A stretch of DNA of 32,000 bases from Nitrosococcus oceani ATCC 19707 (GTDB lineage Bacteria > Pseudomonadota > Gammaproteobacteria > Nitrosococcales > Nitrosococcaceae), in assembly GCF_000012805.1 (NCBI RefSeq), contig NC_007484.1, positions 2,220,001 to 2,252,000 on the forward strand, given 5' to 3'. Numbering within the stretch: the first letter of the stretch is position 1; the number at the start of each line of letters is the position of its first letter. The notes under the pieces were generated by a model, which worked only from the letters and a program-made list of their open reading frames with translations, did not search any database and was not told the origin of the DNA. Position numbers and translations under genes: made by a program. This document shows, one piece after another, positions 1-8,073 of this stretch.

Positions 1-733
1 GAGTGCTAATTATGATAGGCGCCGGGTCCAGCAGGGTCACTACGCGGACACTGCAAATGCGGTTACCACATAGTTCCAATAGCATGGGATGTGGCTTCAA
101 AAGCTCCTGAAAGAGCCACCCTTGTTTCACCAGGGGCTCAAGAGCAGCCACAAAATCCGCTATAGCCATACGCTTCCCATTAACCAGCACCAGTTCATCG
201 CTTTCATGCTCAAGGCGCTCGATGGCGTATACATTTTTACCCCACATTCCAAGCACAGGCTTGGCAACCAAAGGGAATGGCGCCTGTTCACGAAGAAACT
301 GCCCGAGCTGCGCCCCGTTTCGCACTATAGGCAAGGCGCCATGGCGGCGTATCGGATGAAAGAACCCGTACAATTTGGGCGACGGCAATTGCAAGGCTTC
401 AAATAGGCTGCATGCCACCAGCTTGTCGTTCGCAATGGCATGCCATGACCAGGAATCGAACAGCTCCCATAGATCGTACTGCATGTGCCGACCAAGGAAA
501 GTCCGCTTCTGCTCGGGGCTGAAACGCCGATCATCAAATAAACAATACTGATAGTATTCATCAGGAGCCAAGCGGCCCTTGCCCCAGCGCAGGGCAATCA
601 TCTCGGAAGCCTGACCCAGTAGTGACTTCCCAGAGGCCTTTCGCGCCGCCCTGCCATGTTCCCACAGTACCCCCGGCAACGCGGCAAAATCTTTGCAAAA
701 CCGGCTAACGCGCTGGCGCAGTCTCCAAAACAT
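1..733 (-). CDS. ATP-grasp ligase ('sugar-transfer-associated ATP-grasp'/RimK-like), N-terminal part only; continues past the left edge
   Basis: Missing from the ORF track because it is open at the window edge. The reverse-strand frame from ATG 733..731 is stop-free to base 1 (244 codons): MFWRLRQRVSRFCKDFAALPG...GRLAPDEYYQYCLFDDRRFSPEQKRTFLG...ANDKLVACSLFEALQLPSPKLYGFF...PFPLVAKPVLGMWGKNVYAIE...GWLFQELLKPHPMLLELCGNRICSVRVVTL. This matches the ATP-grasp pattern (DK..h...glP.P / h.KP..G..G.gV / QE.l..H / RVVT). The ATG lies 6 nt after the stop of the upstream gene. Confidence 0.6.
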   Translation of the reverse strand, partial: MFWRLRQRVSRFCKDFAALPGVLWEHGRAARKASGKSLLGQASEMIALRWGKGRLAPDEYYQYCLFDDRRFSPEQKRTFLGRHMQYDLWELFDSWSWHAIANDKLVACSLFEALQLPSPKLYGFFHPIRRHGALPIVRNGAQLGQFLREQAPFPLVAKPVLGMWGKNVYAIERLEHESDELVLVNGKRMAIADFVAALEPLVKQGWLFQELLKPHPMLLELCGNRICSVRVVTLLDPAPIIIST

Positions 734-739
734 AACGGC

Positions 740-2329
740 TTAATTGCTACCGTGACTGGCGACCTTAGAGGCGGCAGGCGCCATCGCCAGAATGGACGTT
801 GGATCTCTCAGGCCAATCATAGTAGGGCGATAGCGGTCCCGAAGCTGCGCAACAGCCCAATGAAACTTGTATCCCGTTTGGGAAATCAATAGGCGAAGGG
901 AGATAGGCATTCGCAGGGGCAACCCCAAATTATTGCCCCGCCACACGATCCAATGATACAAAGTAGCCTGCATTCGGCGCAGGCGGTGGCGCATCGATTG
1001 CCGGTTGCGCGATTCAAGTTCTTCCGAAAATGCCATGAGAGCCTGGTGCGATCCTGCCGAAAGCATCGCCCCATTATCCAAGGTTACCCAAAAAGGTTGT
1101 GTAATTGCCTTTTTCTCCTGTCCGAATGCTTCCCGCTCAATGCCAGCCGATTCGGCCAACCGCCGGGGAATCGGCCTATCATAAGTATTTCCAAGGCGCC
1201 AAGGGTCCATTTCAGGCGATTGGGAAATCCGCAGGATCTCGTCGTGGCGGGGCATCGTCAGGACCGGCAACGGCGCGTGGATGAACCCCAATCGCAATCG
1301 AAATTCTCCTAATGAGGCGCCGGAAGGATCCTTGCTCTTGAATTGGGCGCTATCCTCGATGGCTTGTGGTTCGAAATCCCAAATGGTATCTCCCCGAAAT
1401 CCAGTGAAAAATACTGTGCCGGGGAGGTGTTCGGCCAATACCGACATTACTACATCATCACCGCCATTGCCCGTAGCCAGAAACTCAGCTTCGGGAATAC
1501 CTTTATCTTCAAAATAAAGGGAGCGGTCAAATTCCATGACGTTGAAACCAAGTTGCCGCCCGATCTTACCGCCATCATCACAAGCATCCTGGGGATTACC
1601 CACATCGCCGTTAAACTCCATCCGGGCACTGCAAAAAGTTACCGCTTCAGTACCACCACATTTGCGCGCGATGACAGCGCACGCCGGCGAATCATATCCA
1701 GTGGAGACAGTGGCAAGAGGCTTATAGGTGATAGAACGGCGGGAATCACTGGCATTGCCCAGCACCTGTTGCATCGTCCCTTCAAGATAGCCTACGTAAT
1801 CCTCATAGGTGCCAAAATGAGGAAGGGCGGGTGGAGAATCCGTATATATATTAAGGTCGCAGTCAATCCGGAGTCGACGGTAGTACTGAAGCTGAATCCG
1901 CCGACCTTGCGCGGTAGGAACCCACTTTCGGGCACGGTGATAACCTTTTACTACCGACAAAAACTCTAGTTCATACTCCACATGCATTGGATCAATCTCA
2001 TCGTCAAGTGCTGCGAGCAGGTAGATAAATGAGTTGGAAACAAAGAGGCAATCACCATCCCGGCAGAAATGCAAGCGCTCCAGGGTATGACTGCTAGGAA
2101 TGAACACTACTTGATCATCGGAGAGAACAGCCCCGGAACCCAACACTGTTTTGGCGCCTAACAAACCACGCCGATCGTAGGGTCCGGCCCATCCACCTTC
2201 GAAGAAAAAATCCTCTTGACTTTCTACCCAAGGCCCATGCTCTACAGTCACAACCTCTGAACCCCGCTCAAGGCGGGCACACCAAGCTAGCCGCGGCAGT
2301 GCCCCATTCATTTGCATTCTAAACTTCAT
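740..2329 (-). CDS. Uncharacterised AsnB-superfamily-like PP-loop protein, paralog A (no Cys2)
   Basis: 529-aa ORF. The variant PP-loop V-S-T-G-Y-D-S at 1688..1708 follows a hydrophobic strand (YKPLATV) and precedes a helix (PACAVIARKCG). Blocks shared with paralogs B and C: PRLAWCA, VEHG.WVE, FF.EG.W, GSG, ERLH..R.G..L.VSNS...LL, EAEFLA.GNGGDDVV, GEFRLR.GF...P.P, YDRPIPRR.AE.AG..R..FG..KKA. The start M-K-F-R is conserved as M-x-F-[RK] in all three. Confidence 0.75.
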   Translation of the reverse strand: MKFRMQMNGALPRLAWCARLERGSEVVTVEHGPWVESQEDFFFEGGWAGPYDRRGLLGAKTVLGSGAVLSDDQVVFIPSSHTLERLHFCRDGDCLFVSNSFIYLLAALDDEIDPMHVEYELEFLSVVKGYHRARKWVPTAQGRRIQLQYYRRLRIDCDLNIYTDSPPALPHFGTYEDYVGYLEGTMQQVLGNASDSRRSITYKPLATVSTGYDSPACAVIARKCGGTEAVTFCSARMEFNGDVGNPQDACDDGGKIGRQLGFNVMEFDRSLYFEDKGIPEAEFLATGNGGDDVVMSVLAEHLPGTVFFTGFRGDTIWDFEPQAIEDSAQFKSKDPSGASLGEFRLRLGFIHAPLPVLTMPRHDEILRISQSPEMDPWRLGNTYDRPIPRRLAESAGIEREAFGQEKKAITQPFWVTLDNGAMLSAGSHQALMAFSEELESRNRQSMRHRLRRMQATLYHWIVWRGNNLGLPLRMPISLRLLISQTGYKFHWAVAQLRDRYRPTMIGLRDPTSILAMAPAASKVASHGSN

Positions 2330-2473
2330 CGCTGTATCCCCATCTTATCGCTTCACGCTCTATAGGTGATTGCCAATGGCTAGTGTAGCGGGGAATACTA
2401 TAACGCTCCATGTTTTTTTAGCGCCGCCCACGAAAAGTAGCCAGCCAAATAGCCCATGGCACCTTTCAGAGAG

Positions 2474-3949
2474 CTAACTGCTAACCGGCCATAACCGATT
2501 CCGAGCCTGGGAAAATAGAAGTCTCAACTCGTCCCAAATAGGATGACGAAGCGTAATTACAGCCACCATCCAGCCTGCACTGCCGCCGGCAGCACTAATA
2601 ATAAAAAATTGCCAATGGGGCTGCCCAACTGCCGCCGGCATCCCCAGATAGAACAAGGGGAACGCTACTGTGGCAGCGGTAATCAATAAGCTTGCGGCAG
2701 TGGCCTTTAGGTAAACCCTACCCTTGAGACCAATAGCTGAACGCATCAGCAAAGAGGAATAGATCAGCCCCACTACAGCCGGAAAAACCATCGCAAAAGC
2801 AACAACTTCTAACCCATAAGAAACAGCCAGCACCAGCGCCAAAACCGTCGCTAAAAGGGTAGCCACCCTTAGCCGCACCAGCAGGTGTACCGCACCGACC
2901 GCAATCAGCGCCTGCGCGGTAAACGCATACAAAGCATCGACCGCCGCATAGATGGCCAGAATGCGCGCCAGGGGAACCGCAGCATCCCACTGATCGCCGA
3001 ACAGAATTCGTACCACCGGGAACGCCATGATGGCGATAAAAGCATAGCATGGCCACGCGAGGGCGGTAATTAACCCAAGCCCATGGGCATAAAAACCCGC
3101 GACACTCTCTCCCGAGCGGTGCTTGGCCGCCATGTGGGGCAAAATTGCCGGGCTTACCGCCGATAGCACCGTGCGGTCGAAGAGCCGAATAACCCCAAGA
3201 GCTTTGCTGAAGAAACCTACCGCTGCAGCACTCAAATACCGGCCAATGACTACCTCAGGCGCTCCCCGCTGAAACTGGAATGCAATGGTTGCAAGCGTGG
3301 CCCGTCCGCCAAAGCTCATAACCCTCCGCCATTCACAAAATGCTGGGCGCAGGATGAAGTGGCTAGGCCCTAGAATACGCGCCAATACTACTGTGGCAAT
3401 TACCCCAAGAAGTGCGCTCCATGCTAAACTCATAGCGCCAAGTCCTATCCATGCAAACCAAATACCGCTCGCAGCCCGGACAAATTCACTAATGACGCCC
3501 ACCAGGAAAATAGTGGTAAACTGCATTTCCCTGTTCAAGTAAGAGAGAACCACGGAGCCAAACGGAATTAAAACGAAATTAACGGCAAGCACCCGCAGGA
3601 TTCCTGTCACCCTTTCATCCCCATAAAAATCAGCAACCCAAGGCGCTGCAATTGCTAGCACAATGGCCATAGACCAGGCGATACCCAACGTGATTCCGAA
3701 GGCGGACCGGATACGATCTACGGTAAGCTCCTTCTCCTGAACGATGTACCGGCCTACGCCAAAGTCACGCATGGAATGGGCAAGGTTCACGAAGACCACC
3801 GCCATGGAAAAAATGCCGATCTCGGCCGGCGTAAGCAAGCGCGCCAACACCATCGTGGAGACCAAGGAAATCACTAAAACTGCATAGCGGTTCAACGTTG
3901 TAACCACTATCGAGTGCCGAACACCAGGCTCAGTCTTGCTTTCGAGCAT
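2474..3949 (-). CDS. Polysaccharide/oligosaccharide flippase, PST (Wzx-like) family of the MOP superfamily
   Basis: 491-aa polytopic membrane ORF. Its N-terminus (LNRYAVLVISLVSTMVLARLLTPAEIGIFSMAVVFVNLAHSMRDFGVGRYIVQ) matches the usual PST-family signature (laRlLtPedfG...l.d.G...alIq), and about 12+ hydrophobic segments are visible. Confidence 0.75.
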   Translation of the reverse strand: MLESKTEPGVRHSIVVTTLNRYAVLVISLVSTMVLARLLTPAEIGIFSMAVVFVNLAHSMRDFGVGRYIVQEKELTVDRIRSAFGITLGIAWSMAIVLAIAAPWVADFYGDERVTGILRVLAVNFVLIPFGSVVLSYLNREMQFTTIFLVGVISEFVRAASGIWFAWIGLGAMSLAWSALLGVIATVVLARILGPSHFILRPAFCEWRRVMSFGGRATLATIAFQFQRGAPEVVIGRYLSAAAVGFFSKALGVIRLFDRTVLSAVSPAILPHMAAKHRSGESVAGFYAHGLGLITALAWPCYAFIAIMAFPVVRILFGDQWDAAVPLARILAIYAAVDALYAFTAQALIAVGAVHLLVRLRVATLLATVLALVLAVSYGLEVVAFAMVFPAVVGLIYSSLLMRSAIGLKGRVYLKATAASLLITAATVAFPLFYLGMPAAVGQPHWQFFIISAAGGSAGWMVAVITLRHPIWDELRLLFSQARNRLWPVSS

Positions 3950-4125
3950 ACTTTCTTTTGTCCTTTTTCATCCCAGGCCGCAAGCAAGGGGCATGATATG
4001 GCGATAGCGTTGCTATCCCCTGTGTCTGATAATATCCCCGATAATCTGCTAAATGGGGAGATCGCGAGTGGTGCCTACATTCTCGACGCAGCATAGGTTA
4101 TCGTCGAACAACACGAGCACTTAAA

Positions 4126-5628
4126 TTACTTGCGCAGCTCAAGTGAGGTAAGCTTGCCGTATCGGTCCTTAGCTCGCGTTATAGCCCAAGGAAAGATAAA
4201 TCGCCTGAGATAAGTCGGCTTACCCTCGAACCAACCTGCTGTACGCCAAATAGCCGGCTGCCGCTTGGCCCATTCGGCATAACGATTGGCAGCTCGATGA
4301 AACCGCCGATCCAAACCGGCACTCGCGAGAGGAGGTGCTTTTCCTCTCTTCCACCATGCTGATCGATGTTCTTTTAACCAGATTAAAAAATCTTGCAGAG
4401 AATGGGGCGTTAGAAACTCGTCGTAATTATGAATTATTACTGACGCCATACGTTTCTTCATACCGAAGGCTTCTCGAGGGACTCCTTTATTTTCGACGAT
4501 ACGCCGACATATAGGGCGGCTGTATTCATCACTGATATCCCACTGGCTCATCTCGGGATCATTGCTAATCCGACTCACAGCATTGATAGACCGAACTGCC
4601 CAGAACGGGACTGGGCAATGAATAAAACCAGCCCATAGTCTAAATTCAGTTAAGCCCAATCCAGAAGGATCGCCACGAACGACATTGGGACCAAGATGTT
4701 TGGTGCGTTTGCCCCACATTTTATCGCCATGATAACCCGTCAGAAGAACCCGCCCCGCTAAAGTCTCCGCCGCTGCACTAAAGCGCACTTCCTCTCCCAT
4801 ACTATTGGCGGCAATAAAAGGGATTTCCGGTTTCTGCAAATGCCGCCATGCGGTGCCTGACAAAACGATTGGGCGCACACCGAGATAGCCGGCAATGCTT
4901 TCCCCACTATCCTCTTCGTTGAGGTGAGTTCGATCAAAGCAAATCGCTTCATCACACCCAACTCCGCTAGCCAGAGCCATTAGCGTTGGCGAATCATATC
5001 CCGCAGACAGCGTCCCTAACATACGCAAGCGCTTGGGACGGATTGGAGAATAAATATTTTCCGCCAACTGTTCCATGGTGCTTTCCAGAAAACCCAGATA
5101 TTGTCCGAAATTCACAAGCTCCCTATTTACGCTGGGCTTAGGAACCACGGAAGCCATGTTCCCATCCCACCGCACATTATCGAAATAAACAAGCTCGACA
5201 TCTCCTTTAGAAGTTGCTAGGAGCCGTTTGCAATTATCGATACCGTAAACAACCGAATACAGATCTTTGTAGTAAAACCCATACGCTGGATTCAGATCAG
5301 CATCAGCTGCAGATAACAAGCATACGAGTGAATTGGACAGCCATACGCACCTATCCCCTCTTAACATATTCAAACGATCCACTGTCGATCCAGACGAGAC
5401 GAATATTATGGCTGAATTCCTTATCCGCCCCCCGCTTCCCGCAATTACATCGGTTTGATCAAATCCTCCTGCCTCATATGATCCAGGCCATACCGCCTCA
5501 CAAAAGAAATCTGGGGTAATCTCCACCCGTGAACCATGGTAAACAATAACTTCTTGATTACCTTTGCAACATTCCACAAGCCATGCTTGACAGGGCCAGC
5601 TGCTCATTAATTGGTACTTAAAATGCAT
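4126..5628 (-). CDS. Uncharacterised AsnB-superfamily-like PP-loop protein, paralog B (most divergent; no Cys2)
   Basis: 500-aa ORF with L-S-A-G-Y-D-S at 4990..5010. It shares blocks with A and C: VYHGSRVE, FFCEAVWPG, GSGG, DRLNMLRGDRCVWLSNSLVCLLSA, LTGYHGDKMW, TEFRLWAGFIHCPVPF, YSRPICRRIVENKGVPREAFGMKK. The GNGGDD block is replaced by ANSMGEE. Confidence 0.7.
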   Translation of the reverse strand: MHFKYQLMSSWPCQAWLVECCKGNQEVIVYHGSRVEITPDFFCEAVWPGSYEAGGFDQTDVIAGSGGRIRNSAIIFVSSGSTVDRLNMLRGDRCVWLSNSLVCLLSAADADLNPAYGFYYKDLYSVVYGIDNCKRLLATSKGDVELVYFDNVRWDGNMASVVPKPSVNRELVNFGQYLGFLESTMEQLAENIYSPIRPKRLRMLGTLSAGYDSPTLMALASGVGCDEAICFDRTHLNEEDSGESIAGYLGVRPIVLSGTAWRHLQKPEIPFIAANSMGEEVRFSAAAETLAGRVLLTGYHGDKMWGKRTKHLGPNVVRGDPSGLGLTEFRLWAGFIHCPVPFWAVRSINAVSRISNDPEMSQWDISDEYSRPICRRIVENKGVPREAFGMKKRMASVIIHNYDEFLTPHSLQDFLIWLKEHRSAWWKRGKAPPLASAGLDRRFHRAANRYAEWAKRQPAIWRTAGWFEGKPTYLRRFIFPWAITRAKDRYGKLTSLELRK

Positions 5629-5722
5629 AGAATCTATTTACCCTGTTTGTGCGTTAGGATTTAACAAATGCAGAATATTCACCTCTTAAGCTAGCCAGAT
5701 AGGGTTGCTGATTCACCGTCAG

Positions 5723-5880
5723 CTAGAGCAGACGGCTTTTTAGGGCATGCTCGTACTGATGCACCTTATTAAGCCCCAAGGCACCAACCAAACCTGACCA
5801 CGCGTCAACGATGTTTCTAGCGGCGTTGACATCGCGTTGCGAAGATAAGCTGCACTCAGTGGAATCAACCTATGCCGGCG
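5723..5880 (-). pseudogene. tnpB: IS605/IS200-family tnpB (OrfB) C-terminal relic
   Basis: The reverse-strand frame reads ...IKRGNRRHRVDSTECSLSSQRDVNAARNIVDAWSGLVGALGLNKVHQYEHALKSRLL* (stop at 5723..5725). 'RDVNAARNI' is the hallmark C-terminal RuvC-III motif of TnpB/OrfB, and the preceding CxxC zinc-finger half is degraded (ECSLS). The frame is closed by a stop just upstream, so only about 50 codons survive. Confidence 0.5.
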
Positions 5881-6212
5881 GTTCCCGCGCTTAATTTATT
5901 AAGATTAAACAGCCTACAAGGAAAAGCAAGCCGCTCTGAAACTAGCAATTTATTTAATGATTAAGTTAAACTAAATTGTCAGAATAATATTAATCAAAAT
6001 AAATTACACCTTAAAAAGCAAGTCACTTAGAGATAAACTCGGTAATGACCAAATTATTCTGCATGCATTTTCCTGGAAAACCATTCTATTCAGTGGAACA
6101 AAGGCTGATTTTTAATAAAATTTTAATTAATTTTCTCACCAAGGGAAGCGCCAAAGCCCTTATTTCACGGTTATGTATGATCGCATACAAGCGGAAGAGC
6201 TGTTAAGTTCTC

Positions 6213-7958
6213 ATGATTTTTGGCATGCTGACCCTGCAAGCGGAGCATGACGCTAGCCAAATGCTGGCGACGATTTTTAAACGGATCTATCGAGATGGTA
6301 CGCCCGATCAAATCCGAACGTTTGACTTTCGCCTGGCTATCACGACTATACCAGACACACCCAACAGCCGGCCTCGAATAAATATAATCCCTTTTTCGAC
6401 GGGCCATCTCATCGTCCTCGCCGATATCCTCATCGGAGAATACGTAAGCCATTTAGAAAAAGCCGATACACTTTCCCCAGATCTTCCTTTAGCCTGGTCA
6501 CTACCGGGAAGATGGATCGCTATAACCGTGCCCAACGATATAAATAAACCTATCCAGTGGGCCTCAGACCCTATCGGAGCACAATGGCTCTATTTTACGG
6601 AAACCTCCGATGGGCTGGTATTTTCCGATTGTTTTTGGGCTGTTGCTAAGACGGTTAGCAGAAGCCAGGGCATTGACCCAAACGCTCTTCGCCACGCTTT
6701 GGTCCTAGGTTACAACCTGAGAGAGGAAACCATCATCCCTAGCATAAAGCTTGCCCCTGGAGGCTGCATTTACGAATGGGACGCTGGCGATTTTCGTATT
6801 ATCCGTAGCCATCAGCTTGAATACGGAGATGCTATGGCCGGAGCGACCGAAGCTGAGAAGATTGCTCAAGTTGAGGCTGCCTTTCATGAAGCCGCTCTTT
6901 CGTGGAAGAAGGTTCTACCGGCCCGGACTGCTCTCTCTTTATCGGCTGGCCTAGACTCTCGAACCGCCTTAGCTTATCTCCAGCGAGCTGGCGTAGAGGT
7001 ATCTTTCTACACCTTCGGACAACCCGGCAGCACCGAAGTGATAGGAGCCCAGTCCATTGCACAGCGTGTTGGTTGCAGCACTCGCCTCTTTAAGATTCCA
7101 GATGCCTCTTGGAATGACTGGGAAACAAACATCCAGACGCTGGGTGCTATCGGCCCATTACAGCAGTCAGGGTGGGCACATAGCTGGCGGGCAATGTTAG
7201 CTAACAAAGCAGATGCGGTCGTGATCGGCTACTTAGGGGATGCACTGACGGGAAAACACCTTAGCTCGAAGCAATTTGACCGAAGCGACTGGGTCAATTA
7301 TTGGACTCATTGGAGCCTAAATTGGGAATGGCAGGAATGGCCTGGACTCCGAAAAAAATGGCGCAAAGATCTCTCTAATAACCTTGCCGCTAGCTTTCGG
7401 CAAATTATCCATAAACTAGAGGTTGCCTTCCCGCACCAGCAAGCTTTTCACCTTGATTTCTATTGCCGTCAACGCCGCTGGGTAGCCTCACAGCCTAATG
7501 ATATAGGAGCGGCGCTGCTCCCCGTATGCTTCTTCTATCATCCAGCCATCTGGAAAGTATGGGCAAATCTACCCTTATCTGATCTAGAACGCCAGACCCT
7601 TTACAGGCGCACAAACTACCAGTTATTCCCCGATCTCTTTCGCCGCCCGGTATCGCCCACGGAAGAGCTGTTTCAGCGGTCTTTCCGAAAGTTTACCCGA
7701 CTTCTCAGGAGAACAAATACTGATCTACTGCCGTCGGAACGCCCGCGCGTAATCGATAGATGGCGAGCGCTAGAAATAAACCAGCAACAAATCATTGTCC
7801 AATTGGAACACAACCGTGAGCCGCTAGAAGAGGTCGTAGATGTTGATTTCGTCCTAAAGAGGATGGGCGCCTTCAAGTCACAACGACTATCCGAAACAGA
7901 GTGTGCGATGATCATGAGAATAGTGAATGCATCCCATCTCGTCTCGGCTATTATCTAG
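6213..7958 (+). CDS. Asparagine-synthetase-like (AsnB-family) ATP-dependent amidoligase lacking the N-terminal Cys nucleophile
   Basis: 581-aa ORF with PP-loop L-S-A-G-L-D-S at 6939..6959, followed by RTALAYLQRAGVEVSFYTFG. An AsnB-like block sits upstream (DPIGAQWLYFTETSDGLVFSDCFWAVA, cf. RD.fG.kPLYY...g.l.FaSE.kAl), and VVIGYLGDALTG is later. The N-terminus MIFGM has no Cys2. The start codon is uncertain because no clear SD is present. Confidence 0.7.
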   Translation: MIFGMLTLQAEHDASQMLATIFKRIYRDGTPDQIRTFDFRLAITTIPDTPNSRPRINIIPFSTGHLIVLADILIGEYVSHLEKADTLSPDLPLAWSLPGRWIAITVPNDINKPIQWASDPIGAQWLYFTETSDGLVFSDCFWAVAKTVSRSQGIDPNALRHALVLGYNLREETIIPSIKLAPGGCIYEWDAGDFRIIRSHQLEYGDAMAGATEAEKIAQVEAAFHEAALSWKKVLPARTALSLSAGLDSRTALAYLQRAGVEVSFYTFGQPGSTEVIGAQSIAQRVGCSTRLFKIPDASWNDWETNIQTLGAIGPLQQSGWAHSWRAMLANKADAVVIGYLGDALTGKHLSSKQFDRSDWVNYWTHWSLNWEWQEWPGLRKKWRKDLSNNLAASFRQIIHKLEVAFPHQQAFHLDFYCRQRRWVASQPNDIGAALLPVCFFYHPAIWKVWANLPLSDLERQTLYRRTNYQLFPDLFRRPVSPTEELFQRSFRKFTRLLRRTNTDLLPSERPRVIDRWRALEINQQQIIVQLEHNREPLEEVVDVDFVLKRMGAFKSQRLSETECAMIMRIVNASHLVSAII

Positions 7959-8073
7959 TTTTTTCCAGTGCTAGAAAGCGAGCGAGTGGATGGCTAATTC
8001 AGCTTGTATTTCGTGCAGCTTTCGGGTATCCCTTCTCCTCGTAGGGAGTTGCCATAACCTAGTAGAAGGTTGC

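Noticed and set aside
89-597. Track ORFs 89..406 (+, 105 aa) and 325..597 (-, 90 aa)
   Set aside because: Both lie inside a longer, stop-free reverse-strand frame (1..733) that has an ATP-grasp-like sequence, a sensible ATG and tight coupling to the upstream gene. The two short ORFs have no recognisable motifs and are off-frame or antisense shadows.
1343-1969. 208-aa forward ORF antisense to paralog A, with similar shadows at 953..1312, 21941..22312, 23209..23595, 25133..25537 and 27093..27383
   Set aside because: All are embedded antisense or off-frame within longer ORFs that carry clear family motifs. They have low-complexity or Arg/Ser/Pro-rich composition typical of shadow ORFs and no start-site context.
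2398-2457. 19-codon reverse ORF (MGYLAGYFSWAALKKHGAL) in the flippase-paralog A spacer
   Set aside because: It is too short and featureless to support as a gene and has only a weak SD. It is noted only as a possible leader peptide.
3914-4096. 60-aa forward ORF in the paralog B-flippase spacer
   Set aside because: It overlaps the flippase start in antisense, has no motif, and sits between two same-strand minus genes. It is more likely a promoter or 5'-UTR region for the flippase.
5629-5722. Sigma-54-like GG-N10-GC (gaGGtgaatattctGCat, reverse strand) upstream of paralog B
   Set aside because: Only the dinucleotide spacing and part of the -12 box match. The chance expectation for such matches in a 100-nt spacer is high.
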